From Monocercomonoides exilis PA203 (taxonomy: Eukaryota > Protista > Preaxostyla), in contig LSRY02000024.1 of the NCBI GenBank assembly GCA_001643675.2, positions 1 to 64,000 on the forward strand: DNA of 64,000 bases, read 5' to 3'. Shown here piece by piece: positions 11,227-22,008 of this stretch (within the stretch, counting starts at the first letter, position 1; every line of letters begins with the position of its first letter). Made by a program: the position numbers and the translations under genes. The notes under the pieces are model-generated. The model saw only the letters and a list, made by a program, of their open reading frames with translations. It was not told the DNA's origin and ran no database searches.

Positions 11227-14070
11227 TCAACTTGTTTTCAATGACATATTCTTCATATTTTGACATCTTTTTGTGAAATTGTAATTCGCTTGATTCTTCG
11301 TTATATTGATGATTCTATCTCTGCAAGAATTCCACGTTCTGTCTGTCAGTTTCTTGCTTATTTCCTGGAACGGTTTATGTTGCAGGAACATTTTCATCAG
11401 TATTTTGTCTTCTTGAACAGTCCATCTGCGTCTGCTTTTGGTTCCCATTACGGCATTGACCGGACGATTCTCCCTCAAAAGCACTTTCCTTTTCGGCTTT
11501 TTAAAGATAAGCCTTTTATCACCGTTCAGATAATCTTTTATTCCTTCAATATAAATTTTGACAGCTGAAGTCACATTTTTATCAATCAACAAAGTCTTTA
11601 AGATCTCTTCTCTTGAAAGTTTCATTACCGACTCTTTCGAAGAATATTGAACATTTCGTTCATGAAGAAACGCTCTCGCTGCCATTCTGTTTAATCTTGT
11701 TACACAACTGTAAGGGTAGTGCTGTTCACTGCAGGCTGCCTTTATTATCTCAAGCACATAAAAATCGAACGAAGAAATGATGGAGCTTTCTGTCCAAGAT
11801 GGTTCTTTCATTTCAATATTGTGGTAAACTTTGGGATGCGTGAGTGATTCATCGAAATACTCATCTGATTCTAACAATTCCTTTGGAAGAACTAATCTAT
11901 TGGACACGATAGTTGACTTTTCCACTTCCTTGATGTAATCCCATTGTGATGGTGAACCTGTCATCCAATTGCCCACTAATGCTGTTGCTTCAATCACTGA
12001 TTCTCTTTGTTTTGTATCTTTCCCTCCTTTCATCAGCGCAGAACACATAAAACCGGACCTGAAGGAATGAAATCCGAATAACCTTTCTGGATATCCCGCC
12101 ATTGATGCTCTCTTTTGCAATCGTACCCTCATTGCTCCTTTTCTGAGATTCCACAGTTTTTGATATTCCAATTCCTTCAGATCCCATTTATTGAATCGAG
12201 TCAATGATAAGCCGTACTCTTCTGTTAAGAATTGCTCCAACCACCAGATTACATTCATGTTGTTTTTTTCCGCAATATTCCCTTCAATCGTCACGCAATG
12301 GTCGTCTCCGCTTGCGGTCTTGGTGCATTCCAAATTGAACGTAACCTTTACGAAAGTTGTGTTAGGCATTGAAACAACTCTGATTATATCCTTCAGTTTG
12401 ATTTGACTGCAAGTCTGTGCTCGAGCGCCAGTAGACATAGCGAATAAAAACAGAGAGGCTTCGCGTGGTTTCTCTATGACCCAATCTGGATAGCAGTCTA
12501 ATATCCACTGCAAATCCGAAACAATTAAAGGATGCTTCTGCCATTTTGTAACATCATTTTCATGAAGAGATGTGGGAAGTCCTTTCTTTCTTCTTTTCTC
12601 CTTGTAAATCAGTATCTCGTTCTCTGCTCTTGAGACCTTCAGTTTGACTTTACTGCTAACAGGTTCACCAGTTCGTGTTTCAGAAATAGCATACAAGGCA
12701 TACTTAATACTTCCACAAACTGTTTCAAATGAATATCCCACGGCAATTCCAAGTAATTTTATAAAACCGTACATTGCATCTGGCTGCAATGGCCAAGCTT
12801 GCTTATGGAAGGATTTGCAATAATCTATATACATACGAAAAGCCCACAAATGAGATTTAATTGTTTCTTCCTTAAATGGCAGACCTTCTTCTGTGTATGG
12901 AGTCAATTCTTCTTTTGAAAATGTTCTCAGCACATCAGAGAACAACGTTGGAGAGTCATATACGTATCTGGGAGATGAAAGAGCAGAATTTGAATAAGAA
13001 GAAGCTTGTGGAAGAGGAGATAAATCTTTTGTGTTCATTTTGCCATATAAATCGTTTAAGCTTTTGACTATCCGAAAGTTTTCATCAAATGTGTCAATAT
13101 CCTTGATTGATTCTTTTTTTTGCTCCAACTGCTTTAATTTTTGTTCCACAATAACATGATGCTCTTCATCATCCAATACACATTTTTTACGTAACTTCAA
13201 TATCCTGCATTGATTGGAAGACACGTTCACCATCTTTGCCTTCACCTTCCTTTTTTTCTGAACATTTGAAACATTCAATTCTTCCTTTTGGCGTTCTGTT
13301 GCTTTTGAATCATTTTGCTCCTTCTCCAGATCTTTGCAACTGAAAGAACATGTTGTTTCGGTTTCTGAATCGATGTCACTATGATGAATGTCATCGTTTG
13401 TTTGTTCATTTTCTTCTTCGAAAGAAAAGCTATCAGTTTCATCTGCATTCCATTCATCAAGCCTTGAAAGCTTTTCCAAGCAAATTGATTTTGCTTTCCT
13501 CATAGTCACAGAACTGTCAAATGATTCCAAACAGCAATTTTTTTGAGATGTTTCTTTGTCATTATTTTTTTCACAGTTATCAATGCAATTATGTGAAGAT
13601 TGTGTGCAGTCATCGAAGTCATTAGAAAAAATCCTTTCTTCAGAAGATGAACTTGAAGAACTTGCTGAACTTGCAGAGACACTTGCACTTTTCAACCCCT
13701 GCCAATTGACTGATTCACAATCCGAAATAACAGAACTTGTTGCTGTTGATTTTCTCCTCCATTTTGTTTTTGATCTTAATCCAATCTTTGGCTTTCTTGA
13801 CTTTGTTCTTTTGTTTGTTGTGATTTCCTCAATTTGCTCCTCCTCAATATTAGTTGATTCCAAGTAACTTAAACAATTCTCAGTAAGGTTTTCTTTTTTT
13901 GAAACATGAAGCGGTCTAGGATATGGAGATTTGTGCGCATAAGAAGTCAAATGATCCAATGATTGTTGAACCGGTAATTCCTTCAGTGTTGAAGAATAAA
14001 AATCCAGCTTTGGAATTTCTTCTCCATTCGTCAATTCCAAAAGCCATCTTGTTATTGAAGATTCTTTCAC
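11227..14070 (-). CDS. Tyrosine recombinase (Cre/DIRS/Crypton-like) with long acidic N-terminus and C-terminal Myb/SANT domain; true start lies further upstream
   Basis: 947-aa open frame. Core-binding-like segment ETIKSHLWAFRMYIDYC...MYGFIKLLG. Catalytic set R (STGARAQT), K (CTKT), HxxR (FHSFRSG), W (VGNW), Y (QWDYIK). Myb-like segment RRRWTVQEDKILMKM...FQEISKKLTDRTWNSCRDRI. The listed start is GTG. Confidence 0.88.
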   Translation of the reverse strand: MKESSITRWLLELTNGEEIPKLDFYSSTLKELPVQQSLDHLTSYAHKSPYPRPLHVSKKENLTENCLSYLESTNIEEEQIEEITTNKRTKSRKPKIGLRSKTKWRRKSTATSSVISDCESVNWQGLKSASVSASSASSSSSSSEERIFSNDFDDCTQSSHNCIDNCEKNNDKETSQKNCCLESFDSSVTMRKAKSICLEKLSRLDEWNADETDSFSFEEENEQTNDDIHHSDIDSETETTCSFSCKDLEKEQNDSKATERQKEELNVSNVQKKRKVKAKMVNVSSNQCRILKLRKKCVLDDEEHHVIVEQKLKQLEQKKESIKDIDTFDENFRIVKSLNDLYGKMNTKDLSPLPQASSYSNSALSSPRYVYDSPTLFSDVLRTFSKEELTPYTEEGLPFKEETIKSHLWAFRMYIDYCKSFHKQAWPLQPDAMYGFIKLLGIAVGYSFETVCGSIKYALYAISETRTGEPVSSKVKLKVSRAENEILIYKEKRRKKGLPTSLHENDVTKWQKHPLIVSDLQWILDCYPDWVIEKPREASLFLFAMSTGARAQTCSQIKLKDIIRVVSMPNTTFVKVTFNLECTKTASGDDHCVTIEGNIAEKNNMNVIWWLEQFLTEEYGLSLTRFNKWDLKELEYQKLWNLRKGAMRVRLQKRASMAGYPERLFGFHSFRSGFMCSALMKGGKDTKQRESVIEATALVGNWMTGSPSQWDYIKEVEKSTIVSNRLVLPKELLESDEYFDESLTHPKVYHNIEMKEPSWTESSIISSFDFYVLEIIKAACSEQHYPYSCVTRLNRMAARAFLHERNVQYSSKESVMKLSREEILKTLLIDKNVTSAVKIYIEGIKDYLNGDKRLIFKKPKRKVLLRENRPVNAVMGTKSRRRWTVQEDKILMKMFLQHKPFQEISKKLTDRTWNSCRDRIINITKNQANYNFTKRCQNMKNMSLKTS

Positions 14071-14750
14071 TTCTTCCTCTTCCTCAGCTTCTTTTTTCTT
14101 TTTCCTTTGCCACTCGAAACTTCGAAAAGAGGTCGCACGGCCTGTAAAGCATTGGAGCTGATATGACTTCTTTGTAGATCTGCTGGGTTGCCGACTCTCT
14201 CAAAGGGCTCATAGGAATGTTGATTGATGTTGTGCGAGAAGGAGAAAATGGAGGAGAAAATGGAGGAGAAAGTGGAGGAGAAAGCGGGGTCGAAGGAGGA
14301 GGTGTGAAGAATCCAGGCTGAGAGGGAGATAATATTGCTCCATCGAGTTCATCAGTTTCTTTGTTTCTTTCAAGCGCGCCTTGTTTCCTTTGACAGAGAA
14401 GCTCTTAAAATATATAAAACGAATAATAAAAATGCAGATCATATGTTAATGATAACAAACTGTTGAATTTTTTCCCTGTTGTGCTATCATAATCAGAAAA
14501 GTTATATTGTTTATTTGATGCATATAACATAGATACACAAACAATTTTCTTCTATGTCTGATAAAGCTTTGCATTCAATTTCGTTTCTATCAAAATGAAA
14601 CAAGTCTTCGTGTTATTTGCAGATCGAATCACATATTATTCCAATTGTTTCTTCAAAACTATTAGCTTTTGTTCTTCAGTTAAGAAAACTAATTGATTCA
14701 TAGATATTCAAAAGAGATTCTCAGTTTTTTGTGTTTATATGCATTGTTTA
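14071..14750 (-). CDS. Probable upstream part of the recombinase gene (Pro-rich segment plus further exons)
   Basis: The frame DGAILSPSQPGFFTPPPSTPLSPP...KFRVAKEKEK joins the main ORF if one A is removed from the A-run near 14095. Putative GT...AG intron at about 14404-14460. The 5' limit is uncertain. Confidence 0.55.
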
Positions 14751-15214
14751 TCAGAAAAATCAAATAAACAAAATTGCTTTTCATGAAAGTGATTATCAGT
14801 GAAACGAAAATAAAAAGTGTTGATAAATGTTAAAACGTATTGAAATGAAGATATTTGCCGAGGTTAATTTCTCGTTTGCCTTCAAATGATTGAGATTATA
14901 TCAATACCGTTTTATTGTTACAAAATCAAAATGAAAAAGAAATAAAACAATTTCAAACATAAGTGATCATTATTTTTGGATTCAAACAAATGACGAAAAG
15001 GATTGTTGGATTCCATTCTGCAGTTACGAAACACAAAAAGACTTTGTCATTTTTGAGCATATTTGGAAAATTAATTATATTTGGGATCATGAATTGTTCA
15101 AAGGAAAAAAAATGAAGTTTTTTTTGAAAATTCAAATGAAAATATTAATTAACAAGAATTATTAAAAATTGTACAGCTATTAAAAAACGGTATTTTCTTG
15201 TGGCAAATACTCAT

Positions 15215-15240
15215 CTAACCACACCTATAACCCTAACCTA
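15215..15240 (+). repeat. Degenerate telomere-like motifs (ctaacc...taaccctaaccta)
   Basis: Read directly from the sequence, about 90 bp before the perfect internal tract. Confidence 0.55.
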
Positions 15241-15326
15241 GTTTGATATCATATGATGTTAATTTCATTAAAAATACTTGCAAAAAAGTGCAAAATCGCC
15301 TTGCAGTTGTGTTCTGCCTTGGTTAC

Positions 15327-15362
15327 CCCTAACCCTAACCCTAACCCTAACCCTAACCCTAA
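15327..15362 (+). repeat. Interstitial telomeric tract (CCCTAA)6
   Basis: Six perfect CCCTAA units, same orientation as the terminal telomere. Confidence 0.97.
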
Positions 15363-18300
15363 GCAAGATGATTAGATGCAGCTAAACGAAAGAAGAGAAT
15401 TCTGTGAATGGAAATGGAATGGAATCTTGAAATGTTTCTTCTTCTTCTTCTTCTTCTTCCTCATCATCATCATCTTCTTCTTCTTCTTCTTCCGAACAGT
15501 CAGAAGTGAATTCTACACAAGAAGGAGCCGAAAAAGAGGAAATAGATAAAATCATTGAAGACTTCAAAAGAAAACATGCGCCGCGTCGCTGCTTCCTGTG
15601 ATCCTTCCGCCACAAGAAGCAACCCTTCAGAATTCATCTTATGTGCCTCAAAGAGAAAGACAGTGAAAAAGCAATCAAAATTCAACACAAACCTTTTTGA
15701 CTCATTCAATTGCTGGCATCGGCACAGGAAGAGGAACATCTCCTTCTTCATTGCCCAATGAATCTTTTCTTTCTCTTCCTCAGTCATCTTCTTCTCCCTC
15801 TCCTTCTTCTTCCTCTTCCTCTTCCTCCTCTTCATCTTCCTCATCTTCTCCAGCAGTAACTGACTCCTCTCCCCACCCCAAACCACATCATCGCTTTGAG
15901 ATTGCCATGGCTCGCCGCATAAGAGCTATGCACCCTCTCCTCCGCCGAAGCTATCTCAACCGCTGTGCACAAGTGGCTGCTGTTTCTGGTGCTTCACGTT
16001 CTTTTTCCTCTTCCTCTTCCTCCTCCTCGTTGCTTCGCTCTTCTAGAAACAGATTTCTGACAGGAGAAGAGCAGCAGATGAGGAGGATGAGGCAGCAGTT
16101 CGGAAGAAGAAGGAAAAGACAATATTTTATTCTCCCTCCCGATGTATTTGAGGCGCTTCCGCTGTTTGCAGAGTTTCGGATGGTGGAGCGGTATACGGAG
16201 AATCTGGAGAAGAGGAAGAGAGAAAGAGAGAGAGCGAAGGAAAGAGAGAGAGAAGCAAGGAACGAGAGAAGAGAGGAGAGAAGAATAAGAAAACTGATTA
16301 AGATGAGGAAGGCATTGAAATCTGCAAATGATGAAAATAACAATGATGATGAAAACGAAAACGAAATTAAAATTGAGAAAACGACAGTTTTTTACAAGTT
16401 TGAAGAGATTATTTGCAGAAAACTATATAAAATGAAGAAAGTGAATGCCTTTCCGACAGCTCCATCATCAGTGATGAAGAAGAGCGAAGAGAGAAGAGAC
16501 ACAAACAGAGAGAGAAACAGAGGCTGATGCGAAGGTATTACCAGGCGCTTGAGCTTCAGCGTGATTCTGTTGTGAATGAAGTGCTTTTAATGGTCAGACC
16601 AAACCTGCTGCTTTCTCCGACGCCGATTGATGAATCGATTAAAAGACCTGGAATGAGTGTGCATGCAACTAAAAGTGAGGGGGATGGCAAAGAAGATGAG
16701 AAAGAAGAGAAAGAAGCAACGAACTTTAGAAATGGAAATGGAAACAAGGAAGAAGTTGAAGGCGATGAAGATAGCACGAAAGATGAGGAAGAAGAAGAAG
16801 ATGATGATGATTCGAACAACGACGAAAACGAAGAAGTGATTTTGGAGGATTCAATGAACAATCCCAAATCAGTTGTTTCAAAAGGAAAGAAAATAAAACA
16901 TTTATCAAAATCCAAAAATAATAATAACAAAATGAAGAATAAGAAGAAAGCAAAAGTTTGCAACTTGACGGGAATAGACGAAGACGAAGAAGACGACATT
17001 CGAGAGAAGAGGCTGCGGGAGATTCTGACAGCGTTCCGAAGAAGAGAAGAAGAGTTTGACGACGACGATTGGTGGGGCATAAGCTCAGGGGATGGATGGC
17101 TGCATGAAGAGGACAATGCAGACGATGAGAGTATTCTGAAGCTGATGAGCTATGAGAATGTGGTGAATGTTGGGGGAATTCTATCAGATGACGAATCAAC
17201 TGACAGCTTAGAAAGCGATGTCAGTGAAAAAGAAGGAGCATACTACGATGATGAGAATGATACTGAAATAAAACAAAGCATTTCCATGAAAAAGAAAGGA
17301 ATAGAAAATAACGAAGCTCAAGAAAGTGTTGAAGATCTTCCTAAGAAAGACAATAAAAAAACAGAAAAGAATTCAAAAACAAAAGAATCTTTTCAAAACA
17401 ACAAAAAAGACGAAATGCATTTTGATGAGCCAAAGCCAGAGCCTCTTTCATCGCAAGCTCAGCAAAAACAGCAGCAACAACCACAACAACAGAACACAAC
17501 AGCAAATACCTCTCCAACGCCATCGCCTTCTCCACAGCCTAAGCAATATACTTCAGGAAGAGGCGCCTTTGAAACGATACACCTCACGAGAGGGAAGCGA
17601 ATGGACGGCGGATGGAGAGGTGTTGGAAGGAGGGAGTTGATTGTGAACACCAAAGATATGTGTATAGGGATTGGAGTGAAAGGTGCATTAACGATATCTC
17701 TGTCACCTGCTGTTGGATGTGGAGGATAAGGGGTTGCGTTGGGTGTGATGTGGATGAAGAATTTCTAAAGAGAAGTGACAAGGGCGATGCAAGATGAGTT
17801 TCAGAACGAGAAAGGGAAAGTTGACGATGTAGAGGCGAAGATCACATTTAATTCATTGGAGTCTGATGATCAGAGAGAAAAACTGCTTCTGTTGATGAAA
17901 AAGCAAGAAATACAGAAGAAGAAAAAGGAGAAGAAAGAAGAGCGAGAGCGCAGGAAAATGGAGAAAATGGCGAAGAAGATAGAGGAAAAAGATAAGAATC
18001 TGTTTAGCAGCATCCAAGGAATACTACAGCCACACCTTGAGACAGGCACTCCGGCAAACCAGAAGGAGAACAAAATGGCCAACGAGGCGCAGCAAGAGGT
18101 GAAAGAAATCCAAACGCAAATTTTTACACGAGTGCGGAAATTGGACTGCATGCTGAATGACCTCGCTAATTCTGACCTGGAAGATTTGAGTGATGAACTG
18201 GATGTGTCTTTCCGTTATGTTCGAATCAAAAGTGAGGAAAACGTGCAATTTGTGTGGAAGATGAGGAAAGTGCCTGTGTATGCAGCAGTATTCACGAGGC

Positions 18301-19500
18301 AGACGAAAGTGAGACTCGATCTGATAAGTGCGCTGAAGAGCGTACTGAGGCAGAGCCGGGTGGAGCTGCAAAGAGGAAGAGGGATGAAGTGGAGGGGCTG
18401 GTGGCCGTACAAAGAGGAAGCAGAAGTGACACACAGAAAGGGAAGGAAAGGAGCAGGGAAAGGATCACCTCTGCTGTTTCAGAAGGAGAAATGGATTAGA
18501 ACATTCAATCAGAGCAGTGTTCCTGGAAGAAGAGATGCTCTGTCGAAGCTGTTTTCTTCGCTTTCGTTCTCAAAGTTGGCATCTTTCTTCACATCGCAGA
18601 ATTCAATGGAGATGGATCTGATACAGAAATACCCTGCACTCAATTTGGTTGCGCCTTTTGTTTCAGCTGCTTATTTTTCTCAAATACAAAAAATGTTCTT
18701 CATCCTCTTTCTCATTGCGCCTCTTCGCTTGTCAATTCGTCCTTATTTATGAGCATCCAACAACAATCTTCTCCTTTGCTCAGAATCTCTTCATCTCCCT
18801 TCCTTTTATCTCAAGCTGTTCATTCATCTACTTCTAATCCTGCTGATCCTGGCTCACTTTCTCCACTTTCACTGCCTGCTCTTTCTTCGTCTACTTCTTT
18901 TTCATTCAACTCCCCTCGAATTCGGAGTCAGGCCACATCTTTCATTTTCTTTTCGGAAGCACAGATAATCATTTCTTCTAACATAGAATACCAGCTGAAG
19001 TTATATGAAAATGAGAGAACTATATCAAACCAAGAAAAGCTGATTTGAAGGCACGAAATCAACAAGAAAATCGATTCTGACTTTTTCATTTTGAGATTGA
19101 AAGAATTTCAGGAAACAGAAAGAACAAGGCGGGAAATTTTTTTTTGAACAAACAGTTGCAGGGATAGTTTTCGAGAGATTTCACAATGAGACAGACTTTT
19201 AATGAGTCATCGAAGATGAAACAAAGAGGGAAAGCGATTTATTGGAAAATCGATATTTGAAGGACAATTCAATGAGATAAGAGCTTCTACAGCCAACAGG
19301 CAAGCTGGAATCAGTGAAACAAAAGAAATTGAATGTTTTGAAGAGATTGTTGTTATTCTTGAAGAAATGCATTTTGAAGAGAAGAAATAGATGATTCCAT
19401 AAAGCAACAGCAGAATTTGCATTTGATGAAAAGGAGAAATTGGAAGAAATGAAGAAGGAATATGTTTTACGTGATCCGATGTTAGACTTCTGGAAAAATA
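15363..19500 (+). pseudogene. Decayed, probably 5'-truncated large low-complexity (Ser/Glu/Lys-rich) gene
   Basis: Coding-like sequence starts right after the telomere tract. It continues through ORFs 15697-16527, 16527-17729, 17775-18752 and 18749-19048, separated by frameshifts and in-frame stops. Confidence 0.65.
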
Positions 19501-20643
19501 AATGACGATATGTACTCCTGTTGAAAAGAAGATTAATATTCATGAATATAAAGTGAAATGAAAAGCTATCAGAATTAAAAGAACTTAGCCATGGGTGCTT
19601 AACCCGCCCCCTGGTTCCAAACCCGCACCCTATTCATATTTGAATGAGCTTTCAAAACACAATTCGACGCTTAAATATTGAAAACTATTTTATAGTATGG
19701 TGGAAAACCCGAACAGTTGCAAAAACCCTCACATATCATCTTGAATAATTTAAAAGATGATGAAAATTGATCAAATGATGTTTATTTTTGTTAAAACTCA
19801 ATGTCGATTTCAAAAATTCATTTTTATTCTTGAAAATTAACTATTTTGGTACAATTTTCAGTTGAAGAAAATTTTTGATTCTTCTCATTTTTATTTTGAT
19901 GTTATCTTTCAATGATTTCATTCTTTTTTGTTTGCAACAAATATCACTCAACTTTTAAAGAATTTTTGTCTTTGACATCTTTTTGTAATGCGAAGTGAAA
20001 AAATCATAAAAATTGAAATCTTTTCTCAAATAATAAAGTGACAAAGAATTTACCAAAAACATAAACACATTCTTACAGCAAAACATTGAAAATAACTTCT
20101 TTAACATGAAAAAATCGGAAAATATTAACATTTATCTGATTTTCTTATTAAAATGAAAAAAAAAATGAAAAAAGTCAGTAGATGAAATAAATGAGATTCA
20201 AAAGAACACCATTATTGCATTATTTCTTTAAATGGAAACGAATTTGCAGATTTATCATAATAACGATCATCACATTGTTTTCTATCAAAATAATTGGTTC
20301 CAAACACATTATAAAGTTTTTTCAATCCAACAATGTTTCATAAATTATTCAACTTTGAAGAAATAGTTATACAATTCAATAATTATTAAGTGGTTTGTCC
20401 ACTAGATATATTATTAGAAAAGAAAAACGATATTCAATTCCTTCTCTTTTATTTGAGATCACGATCAATGGGTCATCGCCCAGGATCAATGTGGTAGTGA
20501 TGTGAGGGTTTATGCATTTGTTTGAAAAATCAAAACTTTGCGTTTTTAAAAACAAATTAACGCTAAGAAAAGGAATTGTGGAACACAAGACAATGTTAAT
20601 AACTTATATAAAAAAGGGGTTGGGAGTGAAAACGGTGGTGGGA

Positions 20644-20750
20644 AAAAGAGAAGGAATTGAATATCGTTTTTCTTTTCTAATAAAAGTGCATAAGCACCTT
20701 TATTTTCAAGAAAAACATCCATTCAATTCCTTCTCTTTTATTTGAGATCA
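20644..20750. repeat. DIRS internal complementary region (circle-junction template)
   Basis: 20644-20683 is the reverse complement of the left terminus. 20679-20750 is the reverse complement of the right terminus. They overlap at AATAA. Confidence 0.92.
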
Positions 20751-20829
20751 AATGTTAGTTGGGAATTTCTGATACCATCATGACTACAGCTTTTGACACT
20801 TTCCATTCCTTCTGAATTTCTTCTTTCTT

Positions 20830-22008
20830 TTATTGAGCTCTTGTTCTGATAATAAACCTTTTGTCATATTCTGTATCCTCTTTTTCATCTTCCTTTGGTT
20901 CTTCAATCTTCGAAGGCATTATTGTTTGGGAGTCGTCGAAAGCTTGGATTTTTTCGTTTCTTTTACTCATATTGTTCTGCTTCTTCACAATTGCAACCTT
21001 CTTTTCATCATTGTTCTGGCTTTCTTTCCTTCCTTTCTGTTCGTCTTTTTCAGCGCGCTGTGCCTGCTTTGTCGATATTTCTGGTGATGAAGCAATCACC
21101 TTGCCCATTGCTGAAGCCAAATCCGCCCTGAAGTAATGTTTAACCAATGTGTTTGTTTGTGTAGAAAGACGAGCAAACTTTGCAATCTGCACTGGAGGAA
21201 TACCTGCCATTGTCAAAGCCGAAATTGAGGCTGCCTTGATTGAATATGTGGTAAATGTGTCTGGTATCCCGGCGTTGGTCAGTGCTTCCTTGGCAAGCTT
21301 GCGAATCCCTCCTGCTGTCAATGGGGCAAAAGTGTTTGTATTAAGAAGCAGACTGTTTGTGTTTGGGTTTGCTTGTTTTACTCTCTCCCACAAGGTCTTA
21401 ATCGCGAAAGCAGGACAAATAAGTGGCAAGTCTGATAAATACAGAACGGCAATCTCTGTGCGTGTCTCCTAAGTCTTCAGTCTCGTGTCAAGATATATTC
21501 CTTCTTCTTTAAACCTCGAATTTCTCATTTCTATTCTCTCAAGCTCTGTAAATCTGCAGGCTGAAAATAACATTGTTAACACAATCACCTTTATTGTCAG
21601 TTGCTTAAAGCTCAATGTCTCATTCGGTCCCTGATCTGCGAAATATTTCAACAACGTCTGTGGGTTCCAAATTTCTCTGTTTTCTTTTCTCTTTGATCTG
21701 TTTGTTCTTCTGAACGCTCTGAATAGCATCTTAATGAGTGGTATATCACCTAAGCACGTACTGCAAACGAGACTGGAATAAAAAGAAACTGCAGCTCTTG
21801 TTATTTGCAGGCACGTGAGCGACATTCCGCCATTTCTAAGGGAAAAAAATACATTAGCGCAATTTTATGCACAATCGAATATATTGTCTGGTATTTCTTT
21901 GTGGCAACATTTGTTTTATTTCTTTCCATAATGTGCAAGACCGAAGAGGGATCCTTTCCATGTTGTCTCCGCTATTCCCCTGCGGTACTCTTCTGCAAGA
22001 TTAGTTGA
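20830..22008 (-). pseudogene. DIRS tyrosine recombinase, disrupted
   Basis: Motifs LFSACRFTEL, DTRLKT, CPAFAI, YSIKAAS, TLVKHY. In-frame TAG at 21469-21471 and 21972-21974, plus a frameshift around 21800-21850. Confidence 0.85.

Noticed and set aside
11227-14070. Protelomerase/telomere resolvase assignment
   Set aside because: The motif order is HxxR...W...Y as in Cre/DIRS-type integrases, and the chromosome end has ordinary telomerase-type repeats rather than a hairpin end.
14085-14105. Programmed frameshift in the YR-Myb gene (and at ~51600 in the receptor)
   Set aside because: Both fall in or next to A-runs in an assembly with evident homopolymer errors, so sequencing artefact is more likely.
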